Positions 26,102 through 40,154 of a DNA stretch of 48,954 nt are shown here, piece by piece (the stretch's first letter is position 1; every line of letters starts with the position of its first letter). The DNA is taken from assembly GCA_964016885.1 (NCBI GenBank), contig CAXHJY010000002.1:1-48954 (forward strand), in the 5' to 3' direction. This stretch comes from Eledone cirrhosa. Lineage: Eukaryota. Under the pieces are notes generated by a model. That model did no database searches and was not told the DNA's origin. It was given only the letters and a program-made list of their open reading frames with translations. A program made the position numbers and the translations under genes.

Positions 26102-26442
26102 TTTATAAAACACAACGCAGTCAGACTGTATATGAACGAATGTTTTATTAACTCGTCCTTTTGGCCATCGGTATACATCAGCTGATAAGTTTATAACATT
26201 GTTCACGACAATATTGAAGGAAGCATATGTGTTCAGGTAGCAGGAAAAAAGCATACATAAGATATAATCATGAATTACAGAATAAAACGATATAGAGGTA
26301 GATTTCAGTTCAAACTTCATATTTAGAGTGAAAAAAATAATGATGTTGAAGTGAAAATATTAAAAACCAAATTAGAATTTCTTTTTTTGCTCTAACATAG
26401 CGGATACGTAAATGTATTCGTGAGTTTTATGCCGAATAATAA

Positions 26443-26633
26443 TAATTGTTTCTACTCTTGGTACAAGACCAGTAATTATCCCAGTGCATTACTGATGCTT
26501 TATTTTATCGATCCCGTAAAGATGAAAGGCAAAGCTAACCTCGGCGGGATTTGAACTCAGAACGTAAAACGCCATAACTCTATGCTGCAAAGTATGGCGT
26601 CTGACGTTCTACGGATACTGCCAACGCACCGCT
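26443..26633 (-). mobile_element. SINE family 1 (duplicated at ~36638-36826)
   Basis: Matches the family consensus. Confidence 0.85.
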
Positions 26634-26762
26634 CTAATATTCGGTTCGATTGCAAGCAAACAGCCTCATTACGTTATGTTTTTTAAATAACTACTGTCAT
26701 AGCTTTGTTCCAGCGGTGACACTGCTTGCAAACGAATCGAATATTATTATTATTACTAGTAG

Positions 26763-26946
26763 GCGGTGGATTGGCAGTATCGGTAGAGGGTCGGACGCCA
26801 TGCTTTCCAGCATAGTTACGTCCCTTTACGATCTGAGTTCAAATTCCCGCCGAGGTTGACTTTGCCTTTCATCCTTACGGGGTAGATAAAATAAAGTACC
26901 AGTAATGCACTGGGTAATTGCTGGCCGTGTGCCTAAAGTAGAAACA
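26763..26946 (+). mobile_element. Young SINE family 1 insertion with a 17-bp TSD, absent from duplicate unit B
   Basis: Flanked by attattattactagtag at 26746-26762 and 26947-26963. The empty site is at ~36939-36955. Confidence 0.92.
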
Positions 26947-28794
26947 ATTATTATTACTAGTAGCAGAAAAACCACCCTTCGTGGGTTATCTGCTAGCATG
27001 TGTAGTGTGTATATTGATATTATATGGAAATATACATACATGTAGATATGATACGTCAAATATAATCGTAATTGACAATATACACAGAAATTGAAGAGAG
27101 ACTGTGTTACACTGTCTTCTGTAATCAGTAAAGTAATCCATGATACATTTTAAAAAGACGATATTATATATAAACTGCATTACGGTGAAATGTTGTGAAC
27201 ACAAAAAGGAGAAAATTAGCGACAGAAATATAAACGTTATGATATAACGATGGAAATATATGAATGTTTATATAAGTGATATGATATAGCATCCGTTATA
27301 TCATACGGGAAGTATTGACATTTGAAAATTTTAAAAGAAGTGAATCTTAAAATAAGCAATCATTATATATAAGAATATTTATGTTTAATCAACAGCTACG
27401 AAATTTAGTACATAAATTATGCAATATTCATTCATTATTTATTCGGTGGATTGGCAGTATCGGTAGAGCGTCAGACACCATGATTTATAGCATAGAGTTA
27501 CGGCCCTTTAAGTTCTGAGTTCAAATCCTGCCGAGGTTAACTTTGTTTTTCATCCTTACGGGGTCGATAAAATAAAGCACCAATAATGTACTGGGTAATT
27601 GCTGGCCTTGTGCCAAAAGTAGTAATTATACATAGTGGCTGAGAAAATATTTGATGCCACTATGTATTATAGTATTGTAACTAGCTGTAAAATTCTACGT
27701 CTATACGTTAATAAATATTTCTACTTTTGGCACAAGGCCAGCAATTATCCCAGTGTATTACTCGTACTTTATTTTATCGACCCCGTAAGGATGAAAAGCA
27801 AAGTTAACGTATAGTTAATAATGGAGGCACTCCATCGTTTATGACGAGTGTTCCAGTTGATACGATCAATGGAACAGCTTGCTCGTGGAATTAGCGTGCA
27901 AGTGGTTGAGCATTCCACAAACACGCGTACCCTTTCCGTAGTTATCAGGAAGATTCAGTGTGACACAGTGTGTGACTAGGCTAGTCCTTCGTACTGTGGG
28001 TGAATCTCATTTTTGTCAGCTGAGTAGACAGGAGCAACGTGAAATAAAGTGTCTTGCTCAAGGACACAACGCGCCATCGGGAATCGAACACACAGCCTTA
28101 CGATTGTGTGCTGAACGCTCTAATCCCAAAGCCACGCACCTTCACATAGTTCATAATAATTGTTTCTAGTTTTGGCACAAGGCCAGCAATTACTCCAGTG
28201 TATTACTGGTGCTTTATTTTATCGACCCCGTAAGGATGAAAGGCAAAGTTAATCTCGGCGGGATTTGAACTCAGACCGTAAAAGATCATAACTTTGTGCT
28301 GCAAAGCATGGCATCCGACCCTCTACCGATACTGCCAATGTTTCCTTGTTTGTGTGGCTCGTGATGTTGTTGAGGATGTGAGTTGGATTGTGTTTGCTTT
28401 TATTTTTTACTTTGTAAAGTTGTTTTTGTTTGTGGTTAAATTGAAATTTTTTATTGGTGTGGTGTCCTACTTGTGACCTTTAGCTTCCTTCTGCCAACTG
28501 TTTACGGTTATATATTATATTTAGATGCAATATTAAAAAAAAAAATTGATAATAATACATTTAATCTACCGTATTTCCCGGAGCCGAAGTCGCTTCGTCC
28601 TCGAGGACGCACTCTAATTCTGACAACCGAAAATTTGAAAAAAATAATAAACAACCTTCGGCCTCCAGAACGCATGGTAGATTTTTGAGACTTATTTTAG
28701 GAAAAAAGTAGCGTCTTTGACACCGGGAAATATGGTATATCAGGTTCGAAGAATTATTTAATACCAATGAAAAAAAAAAAAGTTGAATACTTAC

Positions 28795-29838
28795 TTTCCC
28801 ATTAATCTGGAGTCCAGTATGTATATAGATGACACAAGATAGAGCTGTCATTATTCCCAAGATTAATTGTAACATGAAAGTGTTTAAATTTACGAACTCT
28901 TTCGAAATTTCAAATGATATCAAACAGCAGATTAGAACAAGCGTTATCGTTGTAAATAACATAGGAGTGGAAGTGGCTGAGTTTATAAATTTCAATAATC
29001 TACAAAGTCTATCATATTGAATAATTATCTGATACAATATTCGATTCCACTGAGCACATGGATAAAATATTCCTGTACTTTTGATGTGCATTTCCCTCAA
29101 AATGTTTTCCAGCTTCTCAGACATATATTTAAATTCATCTATTATTATTCCTACTGTTACAAAGAACAATGCACTGTTCGGAAATATGATTAAATAAACC
29201 ACTATGTCTGTAATAAAATACATTACTAAAGCTAATGCAAATAAACTGTTGTCACGTGATATTGGGAAAGCAAAGACATCAATACAGTATGAACTATCTA
29301 TGACCAATGGTAATAATAGAGTGATTACAGTATTTATTACTATATAAAAAGCGAATTCCATTTTGATGGAAAACTTAGCCCATTTCTGACAACGAACTAT
29401 ATGTTTTCCATTTTGGTTTATTAGTAGATAATTTTCAAATTCACGAATTAATTCGTTCGTACAATTTCTCTTCCAAAGGGTAGTTATTGCTAATGCAGAT
29501 GGAATAAACGTTTGGTATAACAGAAATAATTTCATGAGTAGACACAAAGTAATGCTAGTTGAATAGTTTGTTAAAATGAACCATAAAACACGAGCCAGCT
29601 TAAATAGAAGAACTAAATACAATAAAGGAAGGAAACTGTATACAATGCGGTTTTTTATACCAGACGATTTCCAAATTTCTAGATTAATTTTAGGAGGAAA
29701 ATAATTAATAATGGAAAACCTTTGAATGTACTTTAATACTGAATTAAGAACTGTGTCTTTTATTTGTTTCAATTTATCTTCATCGATATTTATATTGAAA
29801 GATTCGCTTCCTTCAATTGTTGATACAGATGATTCCAT
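28795..29838 (-). CDS. GRL-B: duplicated long first exon (348 aa, TM1-TM6) with no exons 2-4 of its own
   Basis: Open frame, ATG at 29838, intact donor GK|gtaagt. 16 aa differences from GRL-A exon 1. Confidence 0.8.
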
Positions 29839-32142
29839 ATTTAAAAGAATGGTTGGTAAAGATAGCCAAACTATTGCACATTTGTATAAGCATAAAATAA
29901 ATTCTATGCACACTTCCAGAGAGATATAATTTCGGTCGTTGTGAGAATACAATTTTGAGGTTGAATATGATGTCAATAGATATTAACGATAATATTTATA
30001 CTCACTGTATAAATAGTAATAGTGGAAGCGTGTTACTATAACAATCATAATGTCGTGGGTTCTATTCCTGGACAGGGTTGTGTGTTGTGTTCTTGAGCAA
30101 ACTACGTCCTTCAATGTTGCTTCAGTATAGTCAGCTGAAAATGAGTACCAACAATAGCTGGGGCTTTAGACCTGCGATGATCAGATGTTTTGTCCAAGGG
30201 TGTTCTTGTACTCTCAGTCGCTTTACGCCACAAAACCGGGATAAACACCATCCAGACGAGCCTCCGGGATTGCGATACACTTTAACATTGTGATGAGCTG
30301 GCGTCCTGTCCAGGGGTAGTCTTGTATTCTCAGTGGCTTCACGCCACGAAACCAGAAAATGCACTAGTACAACGAGCCTCCTGGCTTATGACATACATAA
30401 GACTTACGTGTATAACTACTAAATATTATCTCTGAAAGATAAAACCTCACTCAGTTCGTAGATAGATTATAAGGTTTCCTAGTCGTGTTTATTGTGAAAG
30501 TATACATAATTGAATTTCCATTTACTGTAATGAATTTATAAGAGGTTTATTTGTATAGCTGGCTCATACACGATCTTTAGTAAAGTGATATATTGATTGT
30601 AGAGAAAAGCAGAGTTAATTATCAAACACATTATTTCAGAGCTGATTATTTAGTTAACTCACTCAACAGGAAACCAGAACATAATTACAAACAACAACAT
30701 ATATTTGGCTCCCTCGGTTGAGCACTCTATTGACTTATATTCAACATGCAGAAACAACACCTGAATATTTCTACAAAGAACATACCCGTACCTAGCAGGA
30801 AGACATACCTAAAACTTCTGATACAGAAAACGGATTCGTTCCTTAAAAGGTTGCGTTGGCGTGCCTTTTATTTCGATAACCAGGAAAAAGCGGACAATAA
30901 ACAGGATAAATTTGGGTTTAAAACTTATAATAACCCTCCGAGTAACCCAGCATTGCTACCCTTCGAAAACGATGTCTTGGAACTCATACGGAGTATCAAA
31001 TTTCGAAATAGGAGCAATTCCTTCCAGCAGGACCTGAAGAATAGAATTCGTTCTATTAAGGATTCTAATGCCATGCACATCCACTCCGACAAAACTGGCA
31101 ATCTATATCAAGTGGAGCATAGTACTTACCATCAATTGCTACATAATGTCGTAAATTAGGATTACTGGAAAACCAATCGGAGTGTCATTTATGACATCAA
31201 AGATGCTGGGTTTAAAATCACTTCTGAATTTAGGACCGGACTGAACCTCTGGACCCTATTTCTCCCCACTTTTACCCTGAAGGATCACAAACCGTATTTC
31301 GCCAACAACCCCTCTATTCGGCTAATTAACCCTACGAAGTCTGATTTAGGTAGACTTAGAAAAAGGATTTTAGATAGAATTATACCTGTAATTAGAAGCT
31401 TGGCTCCTGTTGCACTGTGGAATAATTCTTTCGCGGTGATTGATTGGTTCACGACCACCAACAATGACACGGGTAACCACACCAACATAAAAAACAGCCG
31501 GACCACCACCAGCACCGAAACCAACCCAAGGGGAAAACAAGGAAGGCTCTCCCACTCCCCTACCCCTCAAATTATACACATGGACAAAACCATAAATGCA
31601 CACTCAGACACAGATACACTCACAGCCACAGACCCTTTGTCTTCCAGTATTGAAGATGAAGGAAAACCCCAAAGTGCCAAAAAGCAAAAGAGAAAGCTCA
31701 CAAAAAGCCCCCACAAAACACAAAAACATACACAACAAAAAATACAAACACCATCAACGCAAACAGTTCCCCAATAACATCAACACCACTCTCACATTTC
31801 CTTAAACGCAAACAACCTAAACAAACACAAGAACAAATAAACACAGACACCTGAAATTGCAGACACCACACCTACAACAAACACAGACATACTCTAAACA
31901 ACACCATCAAAACCGTCACCACCACAGTCACTAAAACGAAAGCAAATAATGTCGCTCGATTTCTACAAAGAAATTCGAGACAGCTTTCCTCAGGACGTAG
32001 GAACCCCGAAAGTGAAACCCACATCCAGACTTTTAAAGGGGTTCCCAAAAGAAACCCCACCAACCATGGAGGTCGAACCACCCGACCTTCACAAGACTCC
32101 GGGAGGTAAGTAAACCTTCCCTCTCTCTTTTAGCTTGCCAAC

Positions 32143-34490
32143 ATGGCCATATTAAGAGTAGGAAGTTTAAATGTTCGTGGCCTGGGGTCACCCTGGAAGC
32201 AGGGTCGCCTGCACAACGACCTCAGATCTCTGGAAATGGATGTGATTGCCGTCAGCGAGACAGTAGGATTTACAACACGCGTGCACTAGCCCCCATTTTC
32301 GACGACTATCAGATCTTCGCATCTGTTAACAGGCCGGGTTGGGAGGTGCGGTAGTAGTACTGTTTAGGAAAGGCCTGGATCTCAAGGTAAGGTCGATCTT
32401 CCAGGACCCGGACGGTAAGTTGGTGGTCCTGGATGTGAGCAATAGCGAAGGGGGTGCCTTTAGACTGCTGGCCGTCTATGCCCCTACCGGGGCCGGACGA
32501 CCGGACTTCTTTAAGCGCCTGGAAGCCTTTCTGGGTATCAATCGAAAGTATTCGATAGGGTCAACCATCGGTATCTGAAGGCTGTCCTCAAAACAGCTGG
32601 CTTCGGCCCTGTCTTCAGAAGCTGGATATCTGCAATGCACAGCGGCATCTGCTCGATGGTCAAGGTTAATGGCCATCTCTCGGAACCGTTTCGTCTCCCG
32701 ATCGGTCCGTCAAGGGTGCCCTCTCTCTCTTGCCTTCTGTACGTAGTGATTCTCGAGCCTTTACTGCAGAAGCTGGAGCTGATGCAGGGCATCCCGCTCG
32801 AACCGGGACGCGGAAAGGCTGTGTCAGCTTATGCGGACGACATCACCGTGATGGTATCTGACACCTCGGAAATCGAGGTGGTCGGCACCTTATTGAAGGA
32901 ACATGAAAGGTTGATAGAAGCGAAACTTAACCCGGAAAAGTCGGTGGGCTTGCAGCTCGGCACCTGGAGAGGTAAGTCCATGTCATCCAACAGCGTCGTT
33001 GGGCGTGGACGGACGGAGCGGTAAAGTTGCTCGGGGCTTGGTTCGGACCAGACCTCCAAGTGGAAAAGAATTGGGGCGAGGTAACGAGCAGGGTAGCTAC
33101 TCTCACCAAAAAATGGGCTGCGAGGAAGCTATCACTGAAAGGTCGCACGTAGGTGGCGAATGCGTACACCGTATTCGTCATATACTACCGCCTGATGGTC
33201 GTGCCTTGCCCCCGTCTGCGCCTCACCAAGCTGGAACGACTCCTCTTCAAATTCTTGTGGAGAGGACAAGTCCCGTTGGTGAGGCGGTCCATCTGCTGCC
33301 AGCACCCTCTACACGGAGGACTGGGCATGCTGTGGCTAATGATGCGCAGACATGCGCTGAGGCTGCGCCATCTCCATATATTCTGCCTAAACGGTGAACA
33401 GGTGTGGTCGCCGTTTATCAGACGGGCCTTTCCGCAACTCGTTTCTTTGACTGAGCTGCAGTCCTGTGTCAAGAAGAGACCAAGACTGGGTGACTGGCAC
33501 CTGGAATGTTGCTAGGCACTCACTGCCTTCTACCAAGTGAGCAATGCGATCAGTAGAACTTCTACTCTCGAGTTCTATAGAGGATTAGTGGTGGGCAAGT
33601 CCGATGACGCAATCCGAGAGGCTTTGGGCTTCGATGAAGTGGAACTGACCAGTTTGTTCCGGAGGACTTTCGAGCCGGGGACGATGGATAACTTCCAGAA
33701 ATCCCTCGATTGTTCGGGATAAAATCTACAGGCACGGAAGTGCTGTCAGACGGACCTGCCCAAGATGCGCAGAGAGCGACGAAACCGTTCTGCACGCACT
33801 TGTTCAATGTCCGTGTATTACTGACTTGTGAAGTTATGTCGAACAGCTACTGTCGCATGTAGAACGGATCCAGCTATCGGTCGAGTCCATAGTGAAGGTC
33901 GACCCGCCGCTTTCCATTGGCCAGGAAGGACAGGCAATTTTCCTCTGTCTGGTGGCAGTTGCGAAAGAGGTTGTATAGTGGACCAGATTGAAAGGACTGA
34001 AGACAGACACTTTTCTCTTCGGCCAATCCCTCATCAACTTCTTCAAGTTTCACCTGGAAAGAAGATGAGGGTGGAGAGAGAAGTGCTGCCTCCCAGTACA
34101 TTTGCTGAAAGGTGGGTGAATGTGGCGAGAATGCCCCGTGTGAGTGGGCCTACTCTGACCATGCGCCTATAGGCTGGCTAATTCGAGGAGGAGAGGGGTG
34201 CTCTCCCCGGGTGCCCTAGAAGCGCAGGGTGGTTTTTTTTGGGGGGGGGGAGGTCCCTAAGTCACCCCTGGGTCGTCCACCCTCCTATTGTGGAATTTAT
34301 TATGTTATATTTATGCATAGTTTATTACATATATATTGTTATATCTTCATTGTTAAATTAGTCTTGCTATTATGCACTTTTGTTCGAGCTTATTGTAAAT
34401 CCCCCACTGTCCGTGTCTTTGTATTGTTTCCTAAATGTCGGCCCTTGTGGCCAATAAATGAAATCATTATTATTATTATTATTGTTATTA
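32143..34490 (+). mobile_element. Duplicate Tx1/L1-type LINE with a ~1.2-kb internal deletion
   Basis: The junction ctgggtat|caatcgaaag at ~32538 joins the equivalents of ~21191 and ~22390. Confidence 0.9.
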
Positions 34491-35738
34491 TGAGTTGGCA
34501 GTATCGACGCCATGCTTAGCAACATAGAGTTACGGCCCTTTATGATCTGAGTTCAAATTCCGCCGAGGTTAACTTTGCCTTTCATCCTTTCGGGGTCGAT
34601 AAAATAAAGTTCCAGTAATGTAGTGGGGTAAATGCTATCCTTGTGCCAACAGTAGAAACAATTATTACTATTATTATTGCTTTCATTCTAGTTATTTTTT
34701 CATGTATCTATAAATACTAGCGCACTCTATAATGTACACAGATCAGTATTCTAATGATTTGGTCGGGTATCAACTGTAGTTAAAATCGAGTAACGTAGCA
34801 TCTTGCGAACAGCGATTTTTAGACACACCGGACTAATGAAACAATTGTTAATACTTTGAATAAACCCTATTGTACTGTAGTGGTAGTGTAGCGGTAGTGT
34901 AGTGGTATTGTAGTGGCACTGTTGTGGTAGTGTAGTGGCATTCATCTTTACTATTGACATAAAATAGTGTCACAGCTCATAATAGGATCAGTGTGGCTCC
35001 CTTATATTTTTGTCAGTGTTGTCTTAGCACTGACACCTTTACTTCGTTTATGCAGGTAAAATTCCGTTATAAAGAATACCACTATAGCGAATTTTTCAGT
35101 ACACCGAATTTTTCTTTGTTTCTTATTACCCGAGGTAATAAGAAACAAAGGCTTAATTTGTTTCGGGCGATCTCGTAATAAAGAATTTCACTGTTTGTAT
35201 ACATATATATATAATGAAGATTTAATATAGAAAAAGCTTCTACAGAACTAGAACTGCTTTATTCGTATGAAGTCTGGAACTCACCGTCGAAATGGCAAGA
35301 GCTCAGCTCTCGGGCCCCGACCCTCTATTATATATGAACTCTATTATCCCAAGTATCGAGTACTCTGCTGATTAATGGCTTTGTTAGTGTAAAACTGCTA
35401 TAATCCACCCACGCGCACGCACACGCAAGCACGATGGCTGCCCCCTCATTATCGAGTTTGGCCATTGCGCAATATAACATTTAATTCTATCGTGCAATGC
35501 CTGTGCGTGAAGAATATTTTTAAAGTGAAGAAAGACTGTGCACTGAGCCAATCCCACTCTCTGAGCGACTAGCCGTGACCCGAAAAGAAGAAAAGATCAA
35601 CATCGTCGGTAACTACCGAGTCGCAGGTTTTATGTCGGAGTTATCCCAGTTTCCTGAGTTGCCTTCTCCTAGAAGAATGCCCTGACAAAGGCTAGGGGTC
35701 CTTCACTCCCAGTGGTTTAACATACATATATATACACG

Positions 35739-35886
<148 letters not shown>

Positions 35887-36058
35887 AGTAGAACACTGGA
35901 AGGTAATAACCGTAATGGTAGACCACTCAGTCCATGGGACGAGTTAGGTTGAAGTGGTAACACAACAGTTAGTTCACCATACTGAGAACAATTGTTTCAC
36001 CTTCCGCTAAGGTGAAACAATTGTTCTCGGTATGGTGAACTAACTGTTGTGTTACCAC

Positions 36059-36102
<44 letters not shown>

Positions 36103-37436
36103 TTTCTGCAGATGATGGTCAATCGAACAGGAATTTCGAAACTGGAAATAGGTAGTAAACTAACCACTACCATGCTGATCGATCTTCCACGATCAATCGA
36201 CCCTCTGAAATGATCGTAAATCAGTGAACTAATTAACTAACTACTTCTGACTTCCGTCTTGTTTTCATTGTTCTACAGCGAGAGAGAGAGAGATGTTTAT
36301 AAAACACAACGCAGTCAGACTGTATATGAACGAATGTTTTATTAACTCGTCCTTTTGGCCATCGGTATACATCAGCTGATAAGTTTATAACATTGTTCAC
36401 GACAATATTGAAGGAAGCATATGTGTTCAGGCAGCAGGAAAAAAGCATACATAAGATATAATCATGAATTACAGAATAAAACGATATAGAGGTAGATTTC
36501 AGTTCAAACTTCATATTTAGAGTGAAAAAAATAATGATGTGGAAGTGAAAATATTAAAAACCAAATTAGAATTTCTTTTTTTGCTCTAACATAGCGGATA
36601 CGTAAATGTATTCGTGAGTTTTATGCCGAATAATAATAATTGTTTCTACTCTTGGTACAACACCAGTAATTATCCCAGTGCATTACTGATGCTTTATTTT
36701 ATCGATCCCGTAAAGATGAAAGGCAAAGCTAACCTCGGCGGGATTTGAACTCAGAACGTAAAGCGCCATAACTCTATGCTGCAAAGTATGGCGTCTGACG
36801 TTCTACGGATACTGCCAACCCACCGCTCTAATATTCGGTTCGATTACAAGCAAACAGCCTCATTACGTTATGTTTTTTAAATAACTACCGTCATAGCTTT
36901 GTTCCAGCGGTGACACTGTTTGCAAACGAATCGAATATTATTATTATTACTAGTAGCAGAAAAACCACCCTTCGTGGGTTATCTGCTAGCATGTGTAGTG
37001 TGTATATTGATATTATACGGAAATATACATGCATGTAGATATGATACGTCAAATATAATCGTAATTGACAATATGCACAGAAATTGAAGAGAGACTGTGT
37101 TACACTGTCTTCTGTAATCAGTAAAGTAATCCATGATACATTTTAAAAAGACGATATTATATATAAACTGCATTACGGTGAAATGTTGTGAAAACAAAAA
37201 GGAGAAAATTAGCGACAGAAATATAAACGTTATGATATAACGATGGAAATATATGAATGTTTATATAAGTGATATGATATAGCATCCGTTATATCATACG
37301 GGAAGTATTGACATTTGAAAATTTTAAAAGAAGTGAATCTTAAAATAAGCAATCATTATATATCAGAATATTTATGTTTAATCAACAGCTACGAAATTTA
37401 GTACATAAATTATGCAATATTCATTCATTATTTATT

Positions 37437-37623
37437 CGGTGGATTGGCAGTATCGGTAGAGGGTCGGACGCCATGCTTTCCAGCATAGCTACGTCTCTTT
37501 ACGATCTGAGTTCAAATTCCCGCCGAGGTTGACTTTGCCTTTTCATCTTCACGGGGTCGATAAAATAAAGTACCAGTAATGCACTGGTAAATTGCTGGCC
37601 TTGTGCCTAAAGTAGAAACAATT
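37437..37623 (+). mobile_element. SINE family 1 at the right boundary of the duplication
   Basis: Matches the family consensus and shares its first ~25 nt with the 16092 and 27444 SINEs. Confidence 0.9.
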
Positions 37624-37804
37624 ATTTATTCAAAGTAATCCAACTTATTTTACTAACGGGATAAAAAAAAATACCCAGGACGCAGTCCCGCACTCCTCCC
37701 TTTATTATATTATGATTCGATATATAACTAACGAATACAGTGAAAATATTGTTTTCCCCAGTTCCTGCATAATATGATTTGAAATCATCCTGATCACTCC
37801 TGGG

Positions 37805-37867
37805 TCAATGTGTGTCTTGCTTGGTCTGTATGATAACAATCACATATGTAAGCAGGTTGCAAAATAT
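37805..37867 (-). CDS. GRL-C exon 4 (IFCNLLTYVIVIIQTKQDTH*; TM7b pore helix)
   Basis: Polypyrimidine tract + atag| at phase 0. Contains TY-hhhhh-Q, the signature of the GR/OR/GRL superfamily. Stop TGA at 37805-37807. Confidence 0.9.
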   Translation of the reverse strand: MFCNLLTYVIVIIQTKQDTH

Positions 37868-38516
37868 CTATGGATATAATTGGAAGAGAAAAAGAATTGA
37901 TGTATTACATACGAATGTAGATGTTACAAATGATGAAAAATAAATATTTAATGTTAAAAATAATATAGATTTCTAATTTCTAATTTAGACTCGATGCCAG
38001 AATATTTGGAGGAACGGCAAAGTTGAGTGTATTCTTGGGTCACCCTTAATCGTCTTTTCTCTGCTTATTAATTTTCCAGATTTTTTTCTAACCACACCCT
38101 CTCGTATCTCATCCCTGCTTATTATGTTTTGGTAATCTATCTCCGGAAAAATTTTATTTTAAATGGTAGCATTCTTGCGATAATTAATTTCCTTAGACAT
38201 TAAAAAGCATTATATATGACAAAAAAGAACAGTACAAAAAACCCATACGTTTTAAAAGAAACAGGATGGGTTGGGGCCCAATATATAAACTAAACGATCA
38301 GTTCTTGTTTTTAAAAAAACCCCAAGGGAGACAACCTACAAATATTACCGATTTTCCGACACACCGCATATTCCAACTCCACCCCTATTATTTAGGACCC
38401 GAGAGTATCAACACCAGTACTTGATTGATACTTTATTTTATTGACTCTGGTAGGATGAAAGGCACAGTTGATCTCTGCGGGATTTGAACTCAGAATGTAA
38501 AGAACTAGATATTAAG

Positions 38517-40140
38517 AACGATATTAAGGTGATGAAAACGATATTAAGGTGATGGAAACGATATTAAGGTGATGGAAACGATATTAGGGTGATGGAAACG
38601 ATATTAAGGTGATGAAAACGATATTAAGGTGATGAAAACGATATTAAGGTGATGAAAACGATATTAGGGTGATGGAAACGATATTAAGGTGATGAAAACG
38701 ATATTAAGGTGATGAAAACGATATTAAGGTGATGAAAACGATATTAAGGTGATGGAAACGATATTAAGGTGATGGAAACGATATTAAGGTGATGAAAACG
38801 ATATTAAGGTGATGAAAACGATATTAAGGTGATGAAAACGATATTAAGGTGATGAAAACGATATTAAGGTGATGAAAACGATATTAAGGTGATGGAAACG
38901 ATATTAAGGTGATGGAAACGATATTAAGGTGATGAAAACGATATTAAGGTGATGAACACGATATTAAGGTGATGGAAACGATATTAAGGTGATGGAAACG
39001 ATATTATGGTGATGGAAACGATATTAAGGTGATGGAAACGATATTATGGTGATGAACACGATATTAAGGTGATGGAAACGATATTAAGGTGATGGAAACG
39101 ATATTATGGTGATGAAAACGATATTAAGGTGATGGAAACGATATTAAGGTGATGGAAACGATATTATGGTGATGGAAACGATATTATGGTGATGAACACG
39201 ATATTAAGGTGATGGAAACGATATTAAGGTGATGGAAACGATATTATGGTGATGAAAACGATATTAAGGTGATGGAAACGATATTAAGGTGATGGAAACG
39301 ATATTAAGGTGATGAAAACGATATTAAGGTGATGAAAACGATATTAAGGTGATGGAAACGATATTAAGGTGATGAAAACGATATTAAGGTGATGAAAACG
39401 ATATTAAGGTGATGGAAACGATATTATGGTGATGAACACGATATTAAGGTGATGGAAACGATATTAAGGTGATGGAAACGATATTAAGGTGATGGAAACG
39501 ATATTAAGGTGATGAAAACGATATTAAGGTGATGGAAACGATATTAAGGTGATGAAAACGATATTATGGTGATGAAAACGATATTAAGGTGATGGAAACG
39601 ATATTATGGTGATGAACACGATATTAAGGTGATGGAAACGATATTATGGTGATGAACACGATATTAAGGTGATGGAAACGATATTAAGGTGATGGAAACG
39701 ATATTAAGGTGATGAAAACGATATTAAGGTGATGAAAACGATATTAAGGTGATGGAAACGATATTAAGGTGATGGAAACGATATTAAGGTGATGGAAACG
39801 ATATTAAGGTGATGAAAACGATATTAAGGTGATGGAAACGATATTAAGGTGATGAAAACGATATTAAGGTGATGGAAACGATATTAAGGTGATGAAAACG
39901 ATATTAAGGTGATGAAAACGATATTAAGGTGATGGAAACGATATTAAGGTGATGGAAACGATATTAAGGTGATGGAAACGATATTAAGGTGATGAAAACG
40001 ATATTAAGGTGATGGAAACGATATTAAGGTGATGAAAACGATATTAAGGTGATGAAAACGATATTAAGGTGATGGAAACGATATTAAGGTGATGAAAACG
40101 ATATTAAGGTGATGGAAACGATAGTAAGGTGATGGAAACG
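38517..40140. repeat. 20-bp minisatellite, ~81 units
   Basis: Unit aacgatattaaggtgatg(g/a)a with a few recurrent variants and no spacers. Confidence 0.98.
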
Positions 40141-40154
40141 ATTATTATATTTAC

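Larger units (their letters stand above)
16092..27443. repeat. Tandem segmental duplication, unit A (~11.35 kb)
   Basis: Colinear and very similar to 27444-37436, apart from a LINE-internal deletion in B, a SINE present only in A and microsatellite length differences. Confidence 0.96.

Noticed and set aside
26986-27204. Hydrophobic ORF (and 36979-37197) as a missing GRL-B exon
   Set aside because: No similarity to exons 2-4. It corresponds to DNA downstream of the GRL-C stop that was carried along in the duplication.
38517-40140. CRISPR-like array
   Set aside because: Head-to-tail 20-mers with no unique spacers, no cas genes, and a eukaryotic intron context.
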